From: a virus
Lineage: Duplodnaviria; Heunggongvirae; Uroviricota; Caudoviricetes
Strand: one strand, 5' to 3'
IMG/VR virus record: IMGVR_UViG_2671180984_000037
Length of the DNA stretch: 8,196 bases
Both the position numbers and the translations under genes were made by a program. The notes below the pieces were generated by a model, which saw only the letters and a list, made by a program, of their open reading frames with translations, was not told where the DNA came from and did not search any database. This document shows, one piece after another, positions 1 through 6,084 of this stretch. Every line of letters starts with the position of its first letter. The stretch's first letter is position 1.

Positions 1-74
1 CCCGTAACGCCTCTGCCACGCGCGTAACGTGACAGGGATTAAGGGTAAACTAATTGATTTTGCAAGTTTTTATT

Positions 75-1361
75 TTACCCTGCTTTCTTATGGGGCATAC
101 ATGGGACACTTTCAGATAGTCTTTTGTTAAGGAGTTCTATCTGTTCGTGATTGTTGTCTTTCATCCATGCTCCGTAAACATTGAATACCATTTGTGCGTT
201 TGTGTGGCCCATCTGGCTTGCGATAAAACTAGGATTAGCTCCTGCGGCAAGTGACCAGCATGCATAAGTATGCCTGGATTGGTACGATTTTCTGTGTCTC
301 AGACCTGCGCGTTTTAAGATACTTGTCCATGACTCCCTGATGGAGTCAACCTTGTAGTGAGGTCCGGACAACTGCTGCTGTTTTGTTACCTGAGGACTAA
401 AAACAAAAGTGCATTTATGCACAGCAGTTCTCCCATATTCCCTCTGCTTCACCTCTACAGAATGTTGCTTTCCAAGCATGGTCATTTCCGCCTGGCTTTT
501 AAGAGCATCAATAGCTGGTTGAACCAGATGAATTGTCCTTCCGGTGCCTGCATCGGTTTTTGGTGGAGTGAATTCGCCAAGTTTTGTATAATTTCTACGG
601 ATGGTTATAGTCCTTGCTTTAAGGTCTATATCTTCCCATGCCAGCGATACCAACTCCCCGTGACGAATACCCGTGTATACAGCGAGAATCCACAGGTTTT
701 TTGTTTGTTGATGACGGCAAGCCTCAATAAAACGAATAAATTCGTCACGGGTGAGAGGATCTGGTTTTACCTTGGACTTTTTTAAGGGAGCCAGACCGTT
801 AAATGGGTTTCCTGAGGTATAACCATTATCTGTTGCAAATTGAAACATTCCAGCTATGGTTGTCATATAGTAGTTTACCGTGACCACTGAGCGCCCTTTT
901 ATGGAAGAAGTCTTTCCATTAGAAAGCTTTTGGTAACCGGTCAACAAATCTCTCCTTACGAAAAGTAAATCCTCTTTTGTTATGGATGAAACCAGTTTTT
1001 TTTCACCTAACATTGGTAACATGTTTTTAATTACTGACTGGTAACGGTTAAGTGCATTCGCACAAATCTCAATTTTCTTAAGGTCCAACCATTTTTCCGA
1101 AAGTGCCTTAACGGTTATCTCTCTTTTTCCCAGACCAAAGTGTTTCAGGTTAGGGGAATTAGGGAACTGCGCGGCGTAGTCGAAACTCCCCATTCTGATT
1201 GCAAAACAAACGGAAGTGCGAAGTTCACCAGCGATCTTCCGGTTTTTGTCTGTGTCAGGAACACCGAGGTTTTCTCTGACACGTTTGCCATTATAGTGAA
1301 ACCATATACGGAGTGATCCTCCATGGTTTTCAACGCCTGTCGGGTATGATGCGTTACTCAT
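75..1361 (-). CDS. int: Phage integrase, tyrosine site-specific recombinase (428 aa)
   Basis: Full-length minus-strand ORF with ATG at 1361 preceded by GGGAGG 4 nt upstream. C-terminal catalytic region carries the tyrosine-recombinase signature (LRHRKSYQSRHTYA ... MVFNVYGAW, i.e. the H-x-x-R box and a downstream catalytic Tyr). It is the last gene of the leftward operon and sits next to a small excisionase-like gene. Confidence 0.9.
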   Translation of the reverse strand: MSNASYPTGVENHGGSLRIWFHYNGKRVRENLGVPDTDKNRKIAGELRTSVCFAIRMGSFDYAAQFPNSPNLKHFGLGKREITVKALSEKWLDLKKIEICANALNRYQSVIKNMLPMLGEKKLVSSITKEDLLFVRRDLLTGYQKLSNGKTSSIKGRSVVTVNYYMTTIAGMFQFATDNGYTSGNPFNGLAPLKKSKVKPDPLTRDEFIRFIEACRHQQTKNLWILAVYTGIRHGELVSLAWEDIDLKARTITIRRNYTKLGEFTPPKTDAGTGRTIHLVQPAIDALKSQAEMTMLGKQHSVEVKQREYGRTAVHKCTFVFSPQVTKQQQLSGPHYKVDSIRESWTSILKRAGLRHRKSYQSRHTYACWSLAAGANPSFIASQMGHTNAQMVFNVYGAWMKDNNHEQIELLNKRLSESVPCMPHKKAG

Positions 1362-1394
1362 TAAACCTCCCAGACGTCCAGGAGCATTAACAGG

Positions 1395-1649
1395 TTAACC
1401 GGAACTTGCATTTTTGGCACCTGGTTGTTTCTGGTTTTCGATCCATCGCATAATTTCTTCGATGTTGTACAGGCATTCACTGTAATGCCCAGGATCACCT
1501 TCTACAGCGTAATGGCGGTATTCTTTTCCCTGCATCCATGACTTTCTTCTGGCCCGCTCGATGGTGCCGGGCTTTAGCCCTGTTGATGCAATAAGGACTC
1601 TCTCCGTACACCATTTGCTGGGGGTTATCTGATAGATGATTGTCTGCAT
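1395..1649 (-). CDS. Excisionase-like small DNA-binding protein (84 aa)
   Basis: ATG at 1649 with GAGGT 5 nt upstream. Small basic protein immediately upstream of and co-oriented with int, the canonical xis position. Assignment rests on position and size plus a remembered resemblance to the DUF1233-type phage excisionases; not confirmed by search. Confidence 0.55.
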   Translation of the reverse strand: MQTIIYQITPSKWCTERVLIASTGLKPGTIERARRKSWMQGKEYRHYAVEGDPGHYSECLYNIEEIMRWIENQKQPGAKNASSG

Positions 1650-1667
1650 GCCAACCTCATAAAACTT

Positions 1668-1802
1668 TCATCCACGGCAGTGGCACCACACGTCAAACAT
1701 TCGTTTCGCAACTTCACGGCAGTAGAAGCCGTCGACATCACGGGTCAGGTCGTAGCGATTGCCGAATGTCTTGCGAACCCAGAACTCAAAAGCCGTATGC
1801 AT
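1668..1802 (-). CDS. Hypothetical small protein (44 aa), not in the supplied ORF track
   Basis: Hand translation of the minus strand gives MHTAFEFWVRKTFGNRYDLTRDVDGFYCREVAKRMFDVWCHCRG. ATG at 1802 is preceded by a strong GGAGGTGA Shine-Dalgarno and lies 3 nt after the stop of the upstream 80-aa ORF; its stop is 18 nt before the xis-like start. Confidence 0.4.
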   Translation of the reverse strand: MHTAFEFWVRKTFGNRYDLTRDVDGFYCREVAKRMFDVWCHCRG

Positions 1803-1805
1803 GTA

Positions 1806-2048
1806 TCACCTCCGTTGCATTGCGCGTAATTTTTTCAGGCGCATTTCCTGCTCAGTGCCCGCCAGAATTTTGCGGTACTCCTGTTGGTCAATATGTTCGA
1901 ACAGGTTGTTGAACTCACCAATGCGTACCCGTCCGGAGCGCCCGTCCATGCGTCGAAAGAACACTGAGTGCTGAGTACTGCGAGTAATCACCACAGGGTA
2001 TCCGGCTCTGTCCGTGTATATCTGACCACGTTGAATCAGAGCGAACAT
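1806..2048 (-). CDS. Hypothetical phage protein (80 aa)
   Basis: ATG at 2048 with AAGGA 5 nt upstream, tightly packed in the leftward operon. Charged composition looks protein-like. No family recognised. Confidence 0.5.
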   Translation of the reverse strand: MFALIQRGQIYTDRAGYPVVITRSTQHSVFFRRMDGRSGRVRIGEFNNLFEHIDQQEYRKILAGTEQEMRLKKLRAMQRR

Positions 2049-2052
2049 TCCT

Positions 2053-2139
2053 TTATCCCCAGCGGAAAAGCGAATACAGAATAAATGCCACCGCTATTGC
2101 AACTCCAACTGCGGTGAATGCTTCAGGCCAATTCATCAT
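2053..2139 (-). CDS. Small hydrophobic peptide, 28 aa, predicted single transmembrane helix (MMNWPEAFTAVGVAIAVAFILYSLFRWG)
   Basis: Hand translation of the minus strand. Its ATG (2139..2137) overlaps the TGA stop of the DUF551 ORF in an ATGA arrangement, and its stop is 5 nt before the next ATG, so it fits translational coupling. Too short for the ORF track. Confidence 0.35.
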   Translation of the reverse strand: MMNWPEAFTAVGVAIAVAFILYSLFRWG

Positions 2140-2726
2140 TTCACCTCCTGCGGCGGTTCTGGTAGCTGCATCCAGTGGGTTACCTCTTTGAGATACAGGT
2201 CTTCGCCATCACCGTCATCCCAAGTGGGCTTGCCATCATTAAACCAGTCGCCATATACGCCGACCTGAGTGTTGGGGATGTTTGGTGGGTAGTTGTTTTT
2301 AAAGTCAGCTGCTAACACATAGCATTGTCGCTCTCCCATTTCAGGCATTCGCTCACTACAGCTTATCCAACCATCCGGAGTTGCCGGATAGTTGCCATTC
2401 ACAAGGTCAGCTCGAACATATAGCGTGTCATCATGGTGTTGATTGTGGCTGCACCACGTTAATTCGCTTAACTCGCCATCTTCTGGCCATACTCCAGCCG
2501 TTTGCAGCCAGATATGGGCTGGCGCATCTTGGCAAGGTGTATTAACTGGCAACTTGTAAGTTTGGCTTACAGGTTCTGCACTATCAGCCTTGCGGCGCTC
2601 CTGTAGCTCGCGCAGAGCCGCTACAACATAATGGCTATTGTGCTGGTCAGCCCACAGAATGAGCCGAATCAACGTTGCATTTGAAACGTATTCGTCTGTT
2701 AGTTTGCTATTGGTAAAAGTGGTCAT
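2136..2726 (-). CDS. DUF551-like phage protein (196 aa)
   Basis: ATG at 2726 with AGGTGA about 8 nt upstream. C-terminus (GDWFNDGKPTWDDGDGEDLYLKEVTHWMQLPEPP) matches the conserved W...THWM.LPEPP tail remembered for DUF551 proteins of lambdoid phages. Family call is from memory. Confidence 0.65.
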   Translation of the reverse strand: MTTFTNSKLTDEYVSNATLIRLILWADQHNSHYVVAALRELQERRKADSAEPVSQTYKLPVNTPCQDAPAHIWLQTAGVWPEDGELSELTWCSHNQHHDDTLYVRADLVNGNYPATPDGWISCSERMPEMGERQCYVLAADFKNNYPPNIPNTQVGVYGDWFNDGKPTWDDGDGEDLYLKEVTHWMQLPEPPQEVK

Positions 2727-2728
2727 AG

Positions 2729-2920
2729 CTATTTCACCTTAATCTCAACATTTCGCAGCTTTAGCTCTACTGGCAGGTCTGACTTTCCTGTTAATGCTAA
2801 TGCGAGATTTTCTGGAGTAATGAGAACAGTTATTGTTTTCCCCCTCGCCAGACGAATAATCATGCGTATCTCGCTATCGTCACATGCTCCTGGTCGAACA
2901 ATTGATATTTGTCCGTTCAT
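2729..2920 (-). CDS. Hypothetical small protein (63 aa)
   Basis: The ORF track begins this frame at a TTG (2950), but the in-frame ATG at 2920 has a strong AAGGAG 6 nt upstream and sits 1 nt after the TGA of the upstream gene. The shorter 63-aa product (MNGQISIVRPGACDD...) is therefore preferred. Confidence 0.5.
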   Translation of the reverse strand: MNGQISIVRPGACDDSEIRMIIRLARGKTITVLITPENLALALTGKSDLPVELKLRNVEIKVK

Positions 2921-2921
2921 C

Positions 2922-3509
2922 TCACTCTCCTTTGATGCGAATGCCAGCAAGCCAGGTTCTTATGCCGATATATTCAGCGTTCCTGAAACCGCTTTTTACA
3001 TATATAAATGGCAAGCGAAGATTGTGACCATTGGCTGCCAGGTAGTCTTTACAACCCTGTTCGGTGAAACAGCAGGTAACGAATTCATCAATATCTTTCA
3101 CAGCAACGCGCCGCCATTTTTCTGGTGGTTCCCGAAAGTTTTCATGAAGTAGTTCGAGACGACGACTTTGGAGTTTATTGGCTTCATTGCCATCTTCATC
3201 AACCCAGACAATCCGGTCATAGTCATAATCAGCATCAACAACAATTTCGCGCTTTTGATACACACAAAACATAGGGTCTGACGTTATTCGATTATCCTGT
3301 GTTCGAATATTTTCACCGATGATGCCAAACGAATCTGGCGTAGGTTTTGTCTGTAACTCTTCGATACGTTCAGCCAGCGCCGCGCACTTGGCCTCAGCTT
3401 CAGCAAATTTACGCACTAGGTACTCAGCGTTTGTTTCGTTCACTTTCAGATCTCGCGGTACACATTTCCCGCGAAGAAACCCTTCCATTTCGAAAACATT
3501 CATGCGCAT
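2922..3509 (-). CDS. Hypothetical phage protein with N-terminal coiled-coil, possibly ead/Ea22-like (193-195 aa)
   Basis: ATG at 3509 (alternative ATG at 3503) overlaps the stop of the upstream HD-domain gene. N-terminal segment AEAEAKCAALAERIEELQ is coiled-coil-like, followed by an acidic D/E-rich region. The Ea22-like label is a tentative memory-based call. Confidence 0.5.
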   Translation of the reverse strand: MRMNVFEMEGFLRGKCVPRDLKVNETNAEYLVRKFAEAEAKCAALAERIEELQTKPTPDSFGIIGENIRTQDNRITSDPMFCVYQKREIVVDADYDYDRIVWVDEDGNEANKLQSRRLELLHENFREPPEKWRRVAVKDIDEFVTCCFTEQGCKDYLAANGHNLRLPFIYVKSGFRNAEYIGIRTWLAGIRIKGE

Positions 3510-4036
3510 TTGCGTAACCCCGATAACTCGTTAAAACGTTCCATAAACATCCCGTAGGCATGGCCTGGTGACAGTGGAATAACTTTGAACATCTCTGTCG
3601 CCGGGATACCTTCCAGTACAGGCCAGAAAGAACCATCATCAAGCCCGAGATCGCGGCGTTCGGTTGCCAGCATAATGAGATCGGCATATTTCACTGGCGT
3701 GCTCATAACAGGAGGTAACCCGTATTTCTCACGGATTACGGCGTCTATTTTTTCTTCCATCCGTTTATAGTCAGGAAGAAGGCGTTTCAGTGGTGCGGGG
3801 ATGTCCTGGCAATATGCTTCTGTTGCATCATGCATTAACGCTTCAAAAGCAAATTCCTGCGGTACCAGCTGGCTGCAAAGCACCGCATGTTGGGCGACGC
3901 TGTAGAAGTGTGAAAGATGTCCTGCAAAGCGACAGATATTTGAAAGGGAAACCGCGATATCGTTAATAACGATGTCGTCTTTATTTATCTTGTCATAATA
4001 AAAATGCTTCCCGGAAAAAGTTTTAATAAATGACAT
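3500..4036 (-). CDS. yfdR: HD-domain 5'-deoxynucleotidase, YfbR/YfdR-like (178 aa)
   Basis: The ORF track begins at a GTG (4063); the in-frame ATG at 4036 with GGAGA 5 nt upstream gives 178 aa. HD-phosphohydrolase motifs are present (SVAQHAVL with the metal-binding His, LMHDATEAY with the HD dyad, then QDIPAPLK matching the GDLPTPVK region of E. coli YfbR). Size and order (120-aa, 274-aa, 178-aa genes) match the yfdP-yfdQ-yfdR genes of the CPS-53/KplE1 prophage as I remember them. Confidence 0.75.
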   Translation of the reverse strand: MSFIKTFSGKHFYYDKINKDDIVINDIAVSLSNICRFAGHLSHFYSVAQHAVLCSQLVPQEFAFEALMHDATEAYCQDIPAPLKRLLPDYKRMEEKIDAVIREKYGLPPVMSTPVKYADLIMLATERRDLGLDDGSFWPVLEGIPATEMFKVIPLSPGHAYGMFMERFNELSGLRKCA

Positions 4037-4129
4037 TTTGTTCTCCACGTATATGCGCTGCACCGCGCTGAATTCTGGTAAAAGGAAGCCCTCACCATCC
4101 GGCGATTATTGAGTAAATTATGTTTCCAT

Positions 4130-4151
4130 AAATGCCCCCGCAGGGGCATTT
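4130..4151 (-). other. Perfect 9-bp stem / 4-nt loop hairpin (AAATGCCCC cgca GGGGCATTT) directly after the yfdQ-like stop
   Basis: Read directly from the sequence. It lies in the 127-nt gap between the yfdQ-like and yfdR-like genes. The downstream minus-strand sequence (AUGGAAAC) is not U-rich, so it is not a classical intrinsic terminator; more likely an intercistronic stabiliser or partial terminator. Confidence 0.35.
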
Positions 4152-4163
4152 GCAGTAATGAAA

Positions 4164-4988
4164 TCAGGCGGTGAAAGTACCAATAAAGGTTTCTACTTTG
4201 CTGTCTTTAAATTTCTCAACAAGCAGATCACGAAATTCGTTAGCCATTTCTTCCTGCACCGCTTCCAGCTGAATAATGCGCAGAACCAGTACAGGACGAT
4301 CGCCAGTGATAATGCTGAGGCGTAATTTAAACGGACGTTCTTTCAGGCCTTCAAACGGAACGCATTTAAATTCAAATGCCACTGGCATAATGTCTTTGGT
4401 CTTCGCTTCGACAGACTCCATCAGGGAGCGTTTGCCGCTGAAGTCATTGTCTTCAAAATCAGCGGTCTGGTTCGCTTCAATTGTGATTTTACGGATCGCC
4501 GCAGCCGCTTTGGTTGCCTGAATGGCGTCACCATTAGCATCAAAGCCCACAAGGTAGTCGGCCCAGTCTTCAATCCATTCTGCCAGTGACTTTTGGGAGT
4601 TACGCTCGCCATTAACAGACAACAGAGCAGAGAACGGTGCTGTCTTTTTCAGTTTGAGAGTGGCGGTGTTATCTGCGTGACCTGGTTCATCAATAGTACC
4701 CAGGTTAAGCACACTGACGGCACGCATATTATCGGCATCGATAAAGCAGCGGGTGCCTTCATCTGCAAGATCTTTAGAATAACGGGTAAAGTCATCGATG
4801 CTGGCAGTGGAAAGCGCACCACGGAAACGGAAGCGATTTAAATTAAATTTTTCCAGATCATGAATGCGGAAATTCTCAGGCAATGCCACAGCATCGGCAC
4901 CAATCTTACTAATAATTTCATTAACACCCTGAGCAGAAATAAGGGCATGGATTTGATTAATTGCGGTTGCGTCTAAGTTCTGAGACAT
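4164..4988 (-). CDS. yfdQ: YfdQ-like phage protein (DUF2303 family as remembered), 274 aa
   Basis: ATG at 4988 with GAGGA 7 nt upstream. The 274-aa length and position immediately upstream of the HD-domain gene match CPS-53 yfdQ. Function unknown. Confidence 0.65.
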   Translation of the reverse strand: MSQNLDATAINQIHALISAQGVNEIISKIGADAVALPENFRIHDLEKFNLNRFRFRGALSTASIDDFTRYSKDLADEGTRCFIDADNMRAVSVLNLGTIDEPGHADNTATLKLKKTAPFSALLSVNGERNSQKSLAEWIEDWADYLVGFDANGDAIQATKAAAAIRKITIEANQTADFEDNDFSGKRSLMESVEAKTKDIMPVAFEFKCVPFEGLKERPFKLRLSIITGDRPVLVLRIIQLEAVQEEMANEFRDLLVEKFKDSKVETFIGTFTA

Positions 4989-5053
4989 AATAAGTCCTCA
5001 CTATATAAGGATATTCAGTGATGAGATAAATAATCAGTTAATTAAGAACGATA

Positions 5054-5416
5054 TTAATGACCTGCTGCGCGGAGTTTTCCGTCAGGTTCACCGGCAAGAG
5101 TCAGTAATTGTCCCTGGTCTTCCTGCAGAATAGTCAGGCGACCACCGCGATTGACATACATCGGCGTTTCGGTGGTGTCTTCTTCGGAAATTTTCCCGCG
5201 GTTAGTCGGACGAACATATGAGAGTTTGTGTTTTATTTTCACACGGTTCTCATCAAACGGTTCGATTTCCAGGTTGAGCGAGACCTTCCCTTTGGTTTTC
5301 GTGTTCATCACACCTGAAGCGACTTCACTGAGAACAGCGCCGATTTTGGTTTCAAATACGCCGCCGTCCAGCTCCCCGATAAATGCCTGCACATCAGTAC
5401 TGCGTTCGCTAGCCAT
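5054..5416 (-). CDS. yfdP: YfdP-like hypothetical protein (120 aa)
   Basis: The ORF track extends this frame to 5647 (197 aa) from a non-ATG start. The internal ATG at 5416 has a strong GAGGAG 7 nt upstream and gives exactly 120 aa (MASERSTDVQAFIGELDGG...), matching the remembered size of CPS-53 yfdP. The upstream extension overlaps strongly structured DNA. Confidence 0.55.
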   Translation of the reverse strand: MASERSTDVQAFIGELDGGVFETKIGAVLSEVASGVMNTKTKGKVSLNLEIEPFDENRVKIKHKLSYVRPTNRGKISEEDTTETPMYVNRGGRLTILQEDQGQLLTLAGEPDGKLRAAGH

Positions 5417-5464
5417 TTTGCTGCTCCTCATCATATCGACCCTGCAAGGTCGGTTGGTTTCTCC

Positions 5465-5553
5465 ACAAAACAGAGAAGAGCACCTGCGGTGGCAGCCGCC
5501 CGGGTGGATTGGGTTATGAGCCCGTCGTCCGGTGATGCTCTTCTCTGTTTTGT
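5465..5553. repeat. 18-bp perfect inverted repeat (ACAAAACAGAGAAGAGCA / TGCTCTTCTCTGTTTTGT) around a 53-bp GC-rich spacer
   Basis: Arms at 5465..5482 and 5536..5553 are exact reverse complements, read directly from the sequence. Located in the PL leader 50-140 nt upstream of the yfdP-like start codon. Confidence 0.8.
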
Positions 5554-5599
5554 AAAAAGAGCGGTACCAGCCGGAAGCAAGTGTACAAACTGGTACCGC
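5552..5599 (-). terminator. Terminator/attenuator-like hairpin in the early-left leader: 10-bp GC-rich stem (GCGGTACCAG / CTGGTACCGC), about 19-nt loop, then UCUUUUUAC on the minus strand
   Basis: Inverted repeat 5561..5570 / 5590..5599 read directly. On the transcribed (minus) strand it is followed by TCTTTTTAC (plus 5552..5560). The loop is larger than in typical intrinsic terminators, hence low confidence. Confidence 0.35.
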
Positions 5600-6000
5600 C
5601 AAAGCAGTGGCTGTTGTGGTGGGGTTGTCACTCAGGCGTATGGTCAACCTGACAATCCGGTGTCCTCAACGGGGAAAGAGTAACCCCGCCATACTTACCG
5701 CCGCGCCATTTCGCGGATGACCACAACGCTGAGAGCACTTAGCCAGTTACGGCACCACACTTTGTCGCGGCTCCATAAATGCCCTCATCGTTGCACCCTG
5801 GTCTCTTCCCAGGCGTCAAACCGGATCGCCACGCTGGTTAGGCGTCTTATCAGCATCATCATTGACTTGCACATTCCGGCTACCTGGTTTGTTTGCCCTA
5901 GCAAGGAGTGGATTGTCCCCTTTAACGTCCCCAGACCGCTAACGACGCATGTGCCATACGCCGTGTTACAACCAAATTTTGTTTGAATCTTGCCTGCCTC

Positions 6001-6045
6001 ATGTTTCTTTTGGATACATTATGTATCTCATGGGTACATTGTCAA
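6001..6045 (-). promoter_or_regulatory. PL-type early-left promoter (-35 TTGACA, 16-bp spacer, -10 CATAAT on the minus strand) overlapped by two 19-bp operators
   Basis: On the minus strand, TTGACA corresponds to plus 6040..6045 and CATAAT to plus 6018..6023. Operator-like 7-5-7 palindromes: ATGTATC-tcatg-GGTACAT (6021..6039) and ATGTTTC-ttttg-GATACAT (6001..6019), centres 20 bp apart. The same half-site recurs at the cI/cro divergent region. Confidence 0.6.
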
Positions 6046-6072
6046 GTATAAAAAAACCTGCCGAAGCAGGTT
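6046..6072 (-). terminator. Rho-independent terminator downstream of the cI-like repressor gene
   Basis: Stem AACCTGC / GCAGGTT (6055..6061 and 6066..6072) with CGAA tetraloop, followed on the minus strand by UUUUUUUAU (plus 6048..6056). Sits 13 nt after the repressor stop codon and just upstream of the PL -35. Confidence 0.65.
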
Positions 6073-6084
6073 CATAAATATTGA

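Noticed and set aside
357-785. 142-aa plus-strand ORF inside the integrase gene, and the 62-aa minus-strand ORF 1145..1333
   Set aside because: Both lie wholly within the well-supported integrase CDS in other frames, lack convincing ribosome-binding sites and have low-complexity translations; shadow ORFs.
1640-1974. Plus-strand ORFs 1640..1912 (90 aa) and 1759..1974 (71 aa)
   Set aside because: Antisense to the tightly coupled minus-strand small-gene cluster; Arg/Ser/Cys-rich translations typical of non-coding frames.
2820-3770. Plus-strand ORFs 2820..3152, 3319..3534, 3585..3770 and minus-strand ORF 3424..3687
   Set aside because: All overlap the better-supported minus-strand genes (63-aa ORF, coiled-coil protein, HD-domain protein) in alternate frames and have no start-codon context.
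4276-4841. ORFs 4276..4521 (+), 4421..4612 (-) and 4593..4841 (+) within the yfdQ-like gene
   Set aside because: Embedded in or antisense to the 274-aa yfdQ-like CDS; no independent support.
5431-5631. 66-aa minus-strand ORF (GTG start) ending 13 nt before the yfdP-like ATG
   Set aside because: No Shine-Dalgarno before the GTG, and the frame is carried almost entirely by the two perfect inverted repeats, more consistent with RNA structure than coding. Not fully excluded; conservation analysis could revive it.
5054-5647. 197-aa version of the yfdP-like ORF (non-ATG start at 5647)
   Set aside because: The N-terminal extension has a Cys/Arg/Pro-rich non-protein-like composition and runs across the terminator-like hairpin and the 18-bp inverted repeat; the internal ATG at 5416 with GAGGAG gives the expected 120-aa product.
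5151-5986. Plus-strand ORFs 5151..5519, 5489..5683 and 5717..5986 in or near the leader
   Set aside because: Antisense to the PL transcript, no ribosome-binding sites, and translations (for example MTTTLRALSQLRHHTLSRLHK...) look like random GC-rich frames.
5417-6010. Retron msr/msd, tmRNA, RNase P or other known structured RNA in the leader
   Set aside because: No reverse transcriptase gene nearby for a retron, and the sequence does not match my recollection of E. coli tmRNA or RNase P RNA. Kept only as an unclassified structured leader.
5417-6010. Lambda-type nut site (boxA plus boxB) in the leader
   Set aside because: A CGCTCTTTTTACA stretch resembles boxA, but it coincides with the 3' stem and U-tract of the terminator-like hairpin, and no convincing boxB-type 5-bp stem with a purine-rich pentaloop follows; no N-like gene is present either.
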